Position numbers and translations under genes: made by a program | Notes under the pieces: generated by a model | The model's database searches: none | What the model saw: only the letters and a program-made list of their open reading frames with translations | Told to the model about the DNA's origin: nothing | Origin: a virus | Taxonomy: Duplodnaviria > Caudoviricetes | Length of the DNA: 64,000 bases | Reading direction: 5' to 3' (one strand) | IMG/VR virus record: IMGVR_UViG_3300031565_000020 | Coordinates: 758 to 64,757 of that record | Shown here: positions 48,189 through 57,176 of the stretch, piece by piece | Numbering within the stretch: the first letter of the stretch is position 1 | Layout of the letters: every line of letters begins with the position of its first letter

Positions 48189-48680
48189 CAATTAACGATG
48201 ACAAGGGAAACCAGGGAGACGGCAAGATGAAAAACTTAGTGAAAATTATTTTTATAACGATCGTGAATAATCTCACTAAGAAAAATAATTTTGTAATAAA
48301 ATCCTTTACGACACGTGTGCTTACAGTTTATGATGGTTTATGGCCTGTAAAAAACACTACTTCGGAAGCAGGAACGGTGACAAGGCTGATAACCGTAAAC
48401 CGTGATAGCAAAAGGATTGCTAATACCATTCGTATCAATGGTCTACCTGGTTATGGTTAATTGAGGTTTAGCATGGTCTGTGATTTTGGATCAGTTCGGT
48501 GGGTGTCATACACTTTCCGGAAGGCAAAATCTAGAATCGGATTGACTTCTGTTGTGTTTGTGCAACGTGCAACGTCGCATGATAAACATGATGGGAAAAA
48601 TCAGGATCTTGTTGAAGGGGTTCGGGGTGGTGCTGCCAGGTCTCACCCCGAAAAACCTTTAACGAATGATTATTTTTTTT
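48189..48680 (+). ncRNA. candidate large structured non-coding RNA
   Basis: At least 7 nested stems closed by 48189-96/48456-63, then a long hairpin 48611-48663 and T-run. Confidence 0.5.
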
Positions 48681-48693
48681 GTAGGGTGGTCAT

Positions 48694-48879
48694 GTGTCTA
48701 ATATTTGGAATGATGGGATTTGTAATGCGTGTGGTGCAGTAGTTGAAGAAATGTCAAGTGCAAGACTTGGTCAAGGTTTTGATTATCAAAATAGGTGTAC
48801 CAATTGCAAATGTGTTAACCATTGCTGGCATCATTGCGGAGATATGGAAGAACTTGATTATTACAAGCATAATCAATAA
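48694..48879 (+). CDS. small Cys/His-rich protein
   Basis: GTG start, AGGGTGG RBS; CNACG...CTNCKC..H.WH. Confidence 0.55.
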   Translation: MSNIWNDGICNACGAVVEEMSSARLGQGFDYQNRCTNCKCVNHCWHHCGDMEELDYYKHNQ

Positions 48880-48993
48880 GTGTATTGACAGAGTAGTATG
48901 GTACTAACGCTACCGTTCAGGCCTTACAAGCTTGGTAAATCGGATGGTTTGTACTGTACTCTGTGAATGCACTTGTATTTAAAGCCTGTTAAA

Positions 48994-49067
48994 CGGGGTA
49001 TATGTATGATTTGGTGTAATAAACAGGTCGTACCTGTTTATCGGAGGTTCAAGTCCTCCCGCCCCGA
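48994..49067 (+). ncRNA. aberrant tRNA-like element 1
   Basis: Acceptor CGGGGTA/CGCCCCG, T-arm GGAGG-TTCAAGT-CCTCC, 9-bp stem with 5-nt loop in place of anticodon arm. Confidence 0.6.
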
Positions 49068-49120
49068 ATACATACAGTCTGCCAGGTAGGCAGACTGTAT
49101 AATCTAAAGTTTTTTTCAAA

Positions 49121-49213
49121 CGGGCTGTGGTCTAATTGGGAGCGGCTATCTGATCCATAGCAGTAAGACAAGGGCAAACGCCTTTATTGTGAGTTCGAAT
49201 CTTACCGGTCCGA
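49121..49213 (+). ncRNA. aberrant tRNA-like element 2
   Basis: Acceptor CGGGCTG/CGGTCCG, T-arm GTGAG-TTCGAAT-CTTAC, two internal hairpins, no canonical cloverleaf. Confidence 0.6.
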
Positions 49214-49282
49214 TTGAAAAAACAGTATTGCTAATTTTTAATTTCATTAATACTTATGGGGTGTCACTCTCATAAGTATTAT

Positions 49283-49353
49283 GGCCTAATAATCTAATGG
49301 TAGGATATTAGATTTTCGATCTAAGTACCGGGGTTCGACTCCCTGTTAGGCTA
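49283..49353 (+). tRNA. tRNA-Glu(TTC), no encoded CCA
   Basis: GGCCTAA/TTAGGCT acceptor, D-loop AATGGT, TTAGA-TT[TTC]GA-TCTAA, CGGGG-TTCGACT-CCCTG. Confidence 0.8.
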
Positions 49354-49553
49354 ATGAACAAGCACGAACTGAGCAATAGGAATTATGATAAACGACACAC
49401 TTTAAGTTTTTAATTCCTCCCTTTTGAGCTATACGAGAACAAGGTAGACACAAAAGGGCAGCGTGTTACGTGGGTGGCGAAGGAAAGTCGATGACTAAAC
49501 CCGTTTACCGCTAGACGAACAAGCGGAAATCTAATTAGTACAAAGCAGGATTA

Positions 49554-49591
49554 TACCCGCGCCTGTTGAAATAATGGCGGGTACATTTTTT
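49554..49591 (+). terminator. terminator-like hairpin ending the RNA island
   Basis: TACCCGC/GCGGGTA followed by T-run. Confidence 0.55.
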
Positions 49592-49791
49592 AAAAATTAT
49601 ATTTATATATGGCTACTCCTTTTAATTTATTTTACCGGTTACATATATTGATAATATGTAACCGGGTTATTTTACACGCAATCTCTTTTTGAGATCATTA
49701 TATATATTCCATTTTAGTCAGTTCTTTTTTGCCGGTTGTTATTTATCCTTTTTGTAATAACCGGTTATTTTTTTCTTAAAGTGAGACGTTA

Positions 49792-51264
49792 ATGAATTTT
49801 ACGATTGATAGAGTTGACAATAAAAAATTAAAAATGCTTGTTATATCAATGATAGTGTCAACAAAAGTGTGCAGTGAAATTATACCTGTACTGAGAGTTA
49901 ATCTTGATTTATTTTACGAGGTGTTCGAAAGTTTCTATAAGCCGGTTGTAACCTGGATCATTGAATTTTACGAACTTACAGAGAAAGCACCAGAAAAACA
50001 TATACAAAATATATTTGACGACAAATCAGAAAAACTTGAAGGTACTGAGAAAAGTTTAATTCAGACTTTTCTGAAAACTCTTAATGATGAATATGTGAAA
50101 TATGAAAAATACAATGAAGATTACGCAATTGATCAGGCAAAAATATACTTGCGTGAAGCGAATCTGGCATTACTCACAAAAAAAATAAGTGCTGCAACAA
50201 AAGCAGGGAAACTAGATGATGCTGAAAATTATATTGCAACATATAACCAGATCGAAGCCAAAACACAGATATGCCAAGAGACGTCTATTGTGTATGGTAA
50301 AGAATTTTGGGATGATGATCCGGATAACAATCCCGATTCACTTTTTATAATGCCTGGTGCACTGGGCGACATTGCAGGCCCATTTGCACGCGGTGATTTT
50401 GTAGCGTTTAACGGCCCCAAAAAGCGCGGGAAATCATTCTGGCTCAAGCAAATAGCAATATGGGCGATGGAAAGTAATCTCAATGTAATCTATTTCAATA
50501 TGGAAATGGCACATAAGAAATGCATACGCAGATTTAGACAATATTTCAGTGCCGAAACTCTACGATTGAAAGATAAAAAAACTGGATATGATGAAATCAG
50601 AATTCCGAAATTCATTGAAGCGGGTGACGAGTCTGGACAATGGGAAATGTCATACACAATGAAAAAGAAAAAGGGTGTAACAAAAGAGAAATCTAAAAAT
50701 AAACAAAAACAATTACAAATCAAATACAGGGGCGATATCCGATTCATTACGTATGCAGCAAACTCATTAACGCTGTCTATTGCTGATAAGAAAATTGACG
50801 AGTATTTCAACAATGGCTTTGTTGCAGACGTGATAATATTTGACTCAATGGATTTGTTGAAATCTGGAAAACGGGACCAGGTACGGCAGGAAATCAATGA
50901 AAAATGGGGTGTAGGTCGAGAACTCGCACAAAAAAAACACGCGTTAATTGTTACAGTATCGCATACAAACAAGGAAACTAATAAAAGAGCTATTACAGGT
51001 TCGGACTTTCAAGAGGATGATAGAAAAGGCAATTGGTTAACTGCTGGATTTGGGCTTAACCAAACAGAGGATGAAAAAGAGACCGGTATTATGCGCGTGA
51101 ATTGTTTAGTGAGTCGTGACAATTTTTTCACATCAAAAAATTTTGTATATGTTTTGGAGTGTCGAGATATTGGGAAAATTTATCTGGATTCAAGACATCA
51201 ATGGGAAATAAAAAATAATGAGAGGAGTAGCAATGAAAATAAGCAAAAGCCAGCTTATCAGTAA
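49792..51264 (+). CDS. replicative DNA helicase (DnaB/gp41-like)
   Basis: GPKKRGKS Walker A, YFNMEM, IIFDSMDL, SH.NK. Confidence 0.85.
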   Translation: MNFTIDRVDNKKLKMLVISMIVSTKVCSEIIPVLRVNLDLFYEVFESFYKPVVTWIIEFYELTEKAPEKHIQNIFDDKSEKLEGTEKSLIQTFLKTLNDEYVKYEKYNEDYAIDQAKIYLREANLALLTKKISAATKAGKLDDAENYIATYNQIEAKTQICQETSIVYGKEFWDDDPDNNPDSLFIMPGALGDIAGPFARGDFVAFNGPKKRGKSFWLKQIAIWAMESNLNVIYFNMEMAHKKCIRRFRQYFSAETLRLKDKKTGYDEIRIPKFIEAGDESGQWEMSYTMKKKKGVTKEKSKNKQKQLQIKYRGDIRFITYAANSLTLSIADKKIDEYFNNGFVADVIIFDSMDLLKSGKRDQVRQEINEKWGVGRELAQKKHALIVTVSHTNKETNKRAITGSDFQEDDRKGNWLTAGFGLNQTEDEKETGIMRVNCLVSRDNFFTSKNFVYVLECRDIGKIYLDSRHQWEIKNNERSSNENKQKPAYQ

Positions 51265-52294
51265 GATAGGCTTTTTTAAAAAACTAAAAAACCAGGCGGA
51301 TGATAACCGTATATACATAGATGGTTCTGCTATGTACAAAGACGGTAGAATTTCTTTTTTGGTTGTACAGTTAGAAACTGAAAATTTAAAAAAATATGTA
51401 ATACCATACGCAGAATTTGTGAAGTTTCTTGACCGGGTGAAGGCCGACAAAGGCGATGAGATTACAATCGAGTATAACGAAGAAGGTACACAATTACAAA
51501 TCAAATGTGGGCGGAAATGCTGTAATTTACCGGTTCTTAAATGGGATGAGAAAAACGATAAAAAGATTGAAACATTTTACGATATACAACAAGGAAACGA
51601 GCTGTCTGTTGATTTTGTACAGGCGTTACAGCACTGTAAGGGCACAATTGACAAACAACGCGGCACGCCTAATAATAATATTGTAGTCGAAAAAGATTAC
51701 ACATGGTCATTCAACAGATACGCTTTTGCTAGGATGAAAAATAATATAAGTTGTTTGGACACTTTGTACATTCCCGTTGAATATGTAGATATCTTAACGG
51801 TTTTGGGGCCCGTTAAAATTAGTCAAACAAAAAATGGCTTATTTTTTGCAAGTGCTGGTAATGATATATTACAAATACACCAACCTGCATATCAAAGCCA
51901 GCATACCCCGAAAGATTTTTTCGATAAAATCACCATGTCGCCGGACATCTTCGACAGTAAAGCGTTGTTAGATGGAATTAGAACAGCCGAAATACTTGTT
52001 GAAAAAGAAGAAATTAAGCGTAGGAAGGTACTACTCAATTTTCAATTGGAAAAAATAACAATTACCGCTGAAAATGATAGCAGTAGTATTCTGTGTGAAA
52101 TTTCACACAAGAGCCGGACGCTACAAAAAATTATTATAGACCCTGTAAATTTCACAAAGGGCATAAGTTTGTGTGAAAAAAATAATGTAATCAATATAAT
52201 TTTTCATGATATTAACGAAAAAGCCGGATACGTGTTGTTTACCAATGATAACAAAGAATATTTGGCAACTTATGAGAGAGTTATTAATGAATGA
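51233..52294 (+). CDS. putative sliding clamp (beta-clamp-like)
   Basis: About 353 aa, MKISKSQL start, located between helicase and polymerase with a clamp loader nearby. Confidence 0.55.
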   Translation: MKISKSQLISKIGFFKKLKNQADDNRIYIDGSAMYKDGRISFLVVQLETENLKKYVIPYAEFVKFLDRVKADKGDEITIEYNEEGTQLQIKCGRKCCNLPVLKWDEKNDKKIETFYDIQQGNELSVDFVQALQHCKGTIDKQRGTPNNNIVVEKDYTWSFNRYAFARMKNNISCLDTLYIPVEYVDILTVLGPVKISQTKNGLFFASAGNDILQIHQPAYQSQHTPKDFFDKITMSPDIFDSKALLDGIRTAEILVEKEEIKRRKVLLNFQLEKITITAENDSSSILCEISHKSRTLQKIIIDPVNFTKGISLCEKNNVINIIFHDINEKAGYVLFTNDNKEYLATYERVINE

Positions 52295-54848
52295 AGGGTT
52301 TTTTGATTTTGAAAAAGCACAAGCGGAAATAAAGGAGCTTTCCTCCATACGCTCGGATACTCTAAAAAAAAGTGTCTGTGAAAAATGTAAACTTTGTAAA
52401 AATCAAATTCCAAAAATGGACGCAATCGGGAAAGGGAAAAAAAAGATTCTTATTGTAACTAATAATCCCGAATGTATTGATGGTCAGATAGAAAAAGAAA
52501 AGCTTAGAAACATTCTAAAAGCAGAAAATATTGATTTGAATAAAGATTGTTGGTACGCATACGCGGTAAAGTGTTACACCGATACTGTATCAATTGCGCG
52601 GGTTAAGCACTGCAAACAATTTCTAATTGATCAAATAGAAGAACTTAAACCCCATAAGATACTTATACTCGGTAAGGCCAGTATGCAGGCATTGTATTGT
52701 GATGAAATCACTATTAGCGATATGGAAAGATATTACCAGGCTGAAATTCCTTGTCAAAAATACAAAGCTTTTGTATATCCGTTCTATTCAATTGAATATA
52801 TGGATTACCAGAAAAATACGATACTATGGGGCCGCTTCAAAAAAACAATACACAGGTTAGCAGTAAGAAAAATTGAAGATTTTAAAGATTATGGTGATTT
52901 AAAAAAAGATTACAATCATTTACTGTCAACTGATCTAGTCAAAATCAAAAAGTTTTTGGCTAAAATCATTCCAAATCAAGACCCTCTGTTTTTTGATTAC
53001 GAGACAACCGGATTAAAGCCGCACGCACCAGGGCATGAAATAATCTGTGTATCTATGCAGCAGGGTAAAAACGCGCTGGCATTTCCAATGTATGATGAGT
53101 TAAAGCCAATAATAGCCGAAATTTTATTCGATAAAAAGATTAAAAAAGTGGCGCACAACATGGCTTTTGAAGATGATTGGAGTTATTTCATTTTGAATAC
53201 CAATGTAAATGGGTGGTTTTGGGATACACAATTAACTGCACATGTTATAGACAACCGGCAATATTTTACCAGTCTCAAACATCAAGTGTTTTTGAATTGC
53301 GGTGTTTTGGGATATGAAAAAGAAGTATCCACACACATAAAGTCTACGAACGGTACTGCCAATGGGTTCAATCGCATGAAAGAGCTTGATATTGAAAAAG
53401 TATTACTTTATTGTTTCTTTGATACTATGTTTATGGCGGATTTATACCCCTATCAAAAAGCCATTATAAAAAAAGACAAACATCTTGCAAAAGGAAATAA
53501 ATTTTTATTACGTTCCATGAGAGGTTTAAATTGTGTACAAAAAGCGGGAATTTGTGTGGACATGGTACAAATACTTAAAAATGAAGAATCGTTAAATAAG
53601 CGGTTGTTTTCGATCAATGAGAGTATACAAAAATGTAAGGAAGTCAAAAAGCTTAATTTGCCGCCTGGTCAAAAGTTCGACCATACTAGCAATAATAAAT
53701 TGAAAGACCTATTATACTGTGTGCTAGGCTATGAGACAGAAAATGCTACTACCGGTGGGGCGAAGTCAGTAGAAAAAGAAGCACTTGAAAAGATCAATTC
53801 TGAATTGTGTAAGTTGGTGTTGGAGTACAGACGATTATTCAAAGCATTGTCTTACGTATTACAGCTCAAAAGGGAGGCAGTAGAGATTGAAGGACTTTGG
53901 AAAATATTCCCGATGTACAGGCTGTCGGGTGTAGTAACATATCGCGGTAGTGCAAGTAATCCCAGTTGGCAGAATATACCGGTTCGAGATCCGGAAATTA
54001 AGAAACTCATTAGAGGTTGCGTAATTCCGAGTCCTAACAATCAAATAGCGGAAGCGGATTACTCAGCCATTGAGGTTGCCGCAAGTGCCTGCTACAACGA
54101 AGATCCAAAATTGATAGAGTATGTAACTGATCCCACAAAAGATATGCATAGAGACGTTGCATCGTTGGTTTTTGGTTGCAAGCCGGAAGAGGTTTCAAAA
54201 CCAATGAGGCAAATGGTTAAGGGCGGTTTTGTATTCAGTCAATTCTACGGTGATTGGTGGAAACAATGTGCGGAAAATATGTGGATTGAAATGACATCGG
54301 AATTTAAGAAAATTTTAAAAGCCAATACGGGAATTTCAACACTCGGAAAATTAAAATATAATGATCGTGGGTACATTGATAAGGCGGCCGGATTTTATAA
54401 TCATATTCAAGAAATTGAATATGATTTTTGGTACAAAAGATTTAGGGTGTATAACCAATGGAAAAAGGATAATTGGACGGCTTACCAGAAAAATGGATAT
54501 GTAGAATTAAAAACCGGTTTTCGAATGACCACTATTCAAAAACGAACTAAAGTTAATAATGGATGTATACAAGGAAGTGCCTTTCATATATTATTATGGA
54601 GCCTTTACGAAATTGTAAAGTATCTAAAAAAAGGAAATTATAAGACTTGTATAATTGGACAAATACATGACTCACTAATTTTTGATTTTGCGCCGGGTGA
54701 GCGGGAAGAGCTTTTACCTGCGATAAAATATATAATGGAAAAAAAAATTAAAAAACATTGGAAATGGATTATTATACCGCTGCGTGTAGAGTTTGAAATT
54801 ACACCGGTAAATGGTTCATGGGATCAAAAAAAGGAGATAACAGAATGA
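52287..54848 (+). CDS. family A DNA polymerase with N-terminal UDG-like and 3'-5' exonuclease domains
   Basis: C..C.LC/VKC/C UDG4-like N-terminus; FDYETTGL, AHN..FE; ADYSAIE, R...K....F...YG, IHDSL. Confidence 0.92.
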   Translation: MNEGFFDFEKAQAEIKELSSIRSDTLKKSVCEKCKLCKNQIPKMDAIGKGKKKILIVTNNPECIDGQIEKEKLRNILKAENIDLNKDCWYAYAVKCYTDTVSIARVKHCKQFLIDQIEELKPHKILILGKASMQALYCDEITISDMERYYQAEIPCQKYKAFVYPFYSIEYMDYQKNTILWGRFKKTIHRLAVRKIEDFKDYGDLKKDYNHLLSTDLVKIKKFLAKIIPNQDPLFFDYETTGLKPHAPGHEIICVSMQQGKNALAFPMYDELKPIIAEILFDKKIKKVAHNMAFEDDWSYFILNTNVNGWFWDTQLTAHVIDNRQYFTSLKHQVFLNCGVLGYEKEVSTHIKSTNGTANGFNRMKELDIEKVLLYCFFDTMFMADLYPYQKAIIKKDKHLAKGNKFLLRSMRGLNCVQKAGICVDMVQILKNEESLNKRLFSINESIQKCKEVKKLNLPPGQKFDHTSNNKLKDLLYCVLGYETENATTGGAKSVEKEALEKINSELCKLVLEYRRLFKALSYVLQLKREAVEIEGLWKIFPMYRLSGVVTYRGSASNPSWQNIPVRDPEIKKLIRGCVIPSPNNQIAEADYSAIEVAASACYNEDPKLIEYVTDPTKDMHRDVASLVFGCKPEEVSKPMRQMVKGGFVFSQFYGDWWKQCAENMWIEMTSEFKKILKANTGISTLGKLKYNDRGYIDKAAGFYNHIQEIEYDFWYKRFRVYNQWKKDNWTAYQKNGYVELKTGFRMTTIQKRTKVNNGCIQGSAFHILLWSLYEIVKYLKKGNYKTCIIGQIHDSLIFDFAPGEREELLPAIKYIMEKKIKKHWKWIIIPLRVEFEITPVNGSWDQKKEITE

Positions 54849-55768
54849 ATTTTGCAGTAGAAAACAGGCCGGATAATCTTGATGATTATTGGGGAAATGA
54901 AAAGACAAAAAAGATTATAACAAAAATGGCAGAAGCGGAAACGCGTCCAACTACATACTTATTTCACGGCCCGCACGGAAGCGGTAAGACTACACTTGCA
55001 AGAATTTTCTCTAAAATGGTTAATTGTCCGGAAGACAATATTTTTGAGATTAACGCGGGTCTTGATAAGGGTATTGGTGCTGTACGAGATATGACAGACA
55101 GTGTCGCAGTTCCCACATTCGCGGGTGCAAAAAAAGTATACATTCTTGATGAGGCGCACAATTTTACCACACAAGCCGAAGAAGGTCTATTAAAGCTATT
55201 GGAGGAGCCCCCAAAAGATGTGTATTTTGTTCTTTGTTCGACCAATCCACAAAAAATTGTTAAGACTGTGATAAGTCGGTGTACAAAGTTTGAGATTGAA
55301 AGATTACAGGTAAAGGAGCTTACAAAGTGTTTGTTTTCTTTTGCTGAAAAAAACAATATACAGGTAACAAAAAAAATATGTAAGGCGATTGTGAAACGGG
55401 TTAATAGACATAATAGGGACGCAATCATATTACTGGAAAAGCTGTCACATCTGGAAAGCGAAGACGAACAGCAAGCGATGATTGACCAGGTAATTATTGA
55501 ACTCGATGAAAAGGAAGCGATTGATTTGTGTAGAATTTTGCTTACTGGTGGTTGGAAAGATGTTGCAGAAGTGCTCGCAGCCATACCGGATACTGCAAAT
55601 GTTGAAACAATAAGACTAACCATTTGTGGTTACATGCAAAAAGTGTTGCTGTATGGGGAAAAAAACACAAGAGCAGCTAATGTTTTGAATGCGTGTAAGA
55701 ATGATTTTTTTAGGTCCGGTTTTTCTGGTCTCGTACATGCATGTTATCAGGCTGTTAATGCAAAATAG
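54845..55768 (+). CDS. clamp loader AAA+ subunit (DnaX-like)
   Basis: RP..LDD..GN, GPHGSGKTT, ILDEAH, LLK.LEEPP, SRC. Confidence 0.9.
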   Translation: MNFAVENRPDNLDDYWGNEKTKKIITKMAEAETRPTTYLFHGPHGSGKTTLARIFSKMVNCPEDNIFEINAGLDKGIGAVRDMTDSVAVPTFAGAKKVYILDEAHNFTTQAEEGLLKLLEEPPKDVYFVLCSTNPQKIVKTVISRCTKFEIERLQVKELTKCLFSFAEKNNIQVTKKICKAIVKRVNRHNRDAIILLEKLSHLESEDEQQAMIDQVIIELDEKEAIDLCRILLTGGWKDVAEVLAAIPDTANVETIRLTICGYMQKVLLYGEKNTRAANVLNACKNDFFRSGFSGLVHACYQAVNAK

Positions 55769-55817
55769 TTATTGACATCAACAAAAATAACGGGTATAAT
55801 TAGTATGGGAGTTGAAA

Positions 55818-56312
55818 ATGAATGATAGAGAGATTGACATAATAGTTAATCCAGACCAGCTTGATGAGCTTTTTGAACGTCAAGCTTTGTTGACACTACG
55901 TTATAGGGATCTTGCAGACGATTTTCTTGATGAGGTGCAGCGGTGTAAGTTGATTGTTGATAAGAAAAAAGAAGAATTAGGAATATTGGAAAATAAAATG
56001 TTTGCGCAGTTCAAAACAACTATAAAGTTGGATGGAAAAACGCCGACCGATTCATATGTTAACGCGCTGGTCAAATCCGATCCTGCACGAAAAACAATTA
56101 TAGATAATCTGTATACGTTACGTGAAGAGTTGGACAAAGCGTATTCTGATCATAGAAAAGCCGAAACAATGGTATTTGCTTTACAGGTCCGGAAAAACAG
56201 CGCCGAGCGTATCAATTCACGAATCGAACAAGGGTTATACATTCGCGGATCTGCAAAAAAAACACAAAAAAAAATAACAAACAAAAAATTAAATAAACAT
56301 TTTGAAAAATAA
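55818..56312 (+). CDS. UvsY-like recombination mediator
   Basis: Helical protein with K.PT...V...V..DP motif upstream of SSB and RecA; promoter TTGACA-17nt-TATAAT at 55772-55800. Confidence 0.55.
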   Translation: MNDREIDIIVNPDQLDELFERQALLTLRYRDLADDFLDEVQRCKLIVDKKKEELGILENKMFAQFKTTIKLDGKTPTDSYVNALVKSDPARKTIIDNLYTLREELDKAYSDHRKAETMVFALQVRKNSAERINSRIEQGLYIRGSAKKTQKKITNKKLNKHFEK

Positions 56313-56325
56313 AGGAGATTGTGAA

Positions 56326-57174
56326 ATGAAAAAAAAAGATTTGAATAAAAAAAGAAAAGAGAACCGTATAAATGATCAAAATAGTAGATTCGGTGCGAAC
56401 TTTTACGATTACGAGGTGTTGAGTGATAAAGGTTTTGACAGGTTCAATCCCAAGGATGCGAAGTACACGATAACATTAGTACCGTTCTTAATCGGCAAGA
56501 ACCCCTTTAAGGGAGAAACTACCGGCAGCCCTGCTTATGCTGTGTATCCTTATGTACATTACGGGCAAGGTGTGAACGGTAAAGACTCCGTCGTGTGTCT
56601 AATGGACACCTACGGGGAGCCTTGTCCTATTTGTGATCACATCAATAAATCAGATTTGACAGAAGAAGAACGTAAACCATTAAAAGCAAAAAAAAGAATG
56701 TTCTGTCTAGTTTTAGAAAAAGGTGAAAAAAAAGTAAAGTTTTTTGCAGTGTCCGCGCCTTTGTTTGATATACCTCTTGATAGAGCTGTCACAGCTTTTA
56801 CGCAGAAAGCTGAAGAAGCGCCTGCACCTTATTACATAGAAGGTGGATCGTATTTTACTTTTTTTGACCAAATATCACAGAAAAAAGGGTTGGACCGGTT
56901 CCATTCGTTCATTATCCACTCCGAAGAGTCAAAGTTGTTTGGAAAGATTAATAAAAAAATTACTGAACAGGTTTTTTCATTAGATGAGTTGGTGTATAAA
57001 CCCACACATGCAGAAGTGCAGAAAGCTATGTATTTTGATATGGATGAATTAGATGATTCAGAGACAGATGAAAACGAAGAGCCGTTAGAAGCATATGTTG
57101 AACATTTGCCAAAAGAAAAGAAAAAGAAAAAGAAAAAGAAAGATAAAAAGAAGAAGGATAAGGATAAGGATTAA
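56326..57174 (+). CDS. single-stranded DNA-binding protein (gp32-like)
   Basis: VH.G....VCL..TYGEPCPIC Zn motif; acidic segment near C-terminus; context. Confidence 0.65.
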   Translation: MKKKDLNKKRKENRINDQNSRFGANFYDYEVLSDKGFDRFNPKDAKYTITLVPFLIGKNPFKGETTGSPAYAVYPYVHYGQGVNGKDSVVCLMDTYGEPCPICDHINKSDLTEEERKPLKAKKRMFCLVLEKGEKKVKFFAVSAPLFDIPLDRAVTAFTQKAEEAPAPYYIEGGSYFTFFDQISQKKGLDRFHSFIIHSEESKLFGKINKKITEQVFSLDELVYKPTHAEVQKAMYFDMDELDDSETDENEEPLEAYVEHLPKEKKKKKKKKDKKKKDKDKD

Positions 57175-57176
57175 TC

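Noticed and set aside
48227-48742. ORFs 48227..48460 and 48461..48742 as protein genes
   Set aside because: No recognisable protein features and dense nested base-pairing favours RNA; the first has a weak RBS so is not fully excluded
48994-49213. tmRNA (one- or two-piece)
   Set aside because: No G3-U70 alanine determinant, no CCA, no tag reading frame
49479-49553. RNase P RNA-like motifs (GAAGGAAAGTC, CTAGACGAAC, ACAAAAGCAGGATTAT)
   Set aside because: Order is suggestive but P4 pairing is poor and only ~20 nt separate the first two motifs, leaving no S-domain; likely chance
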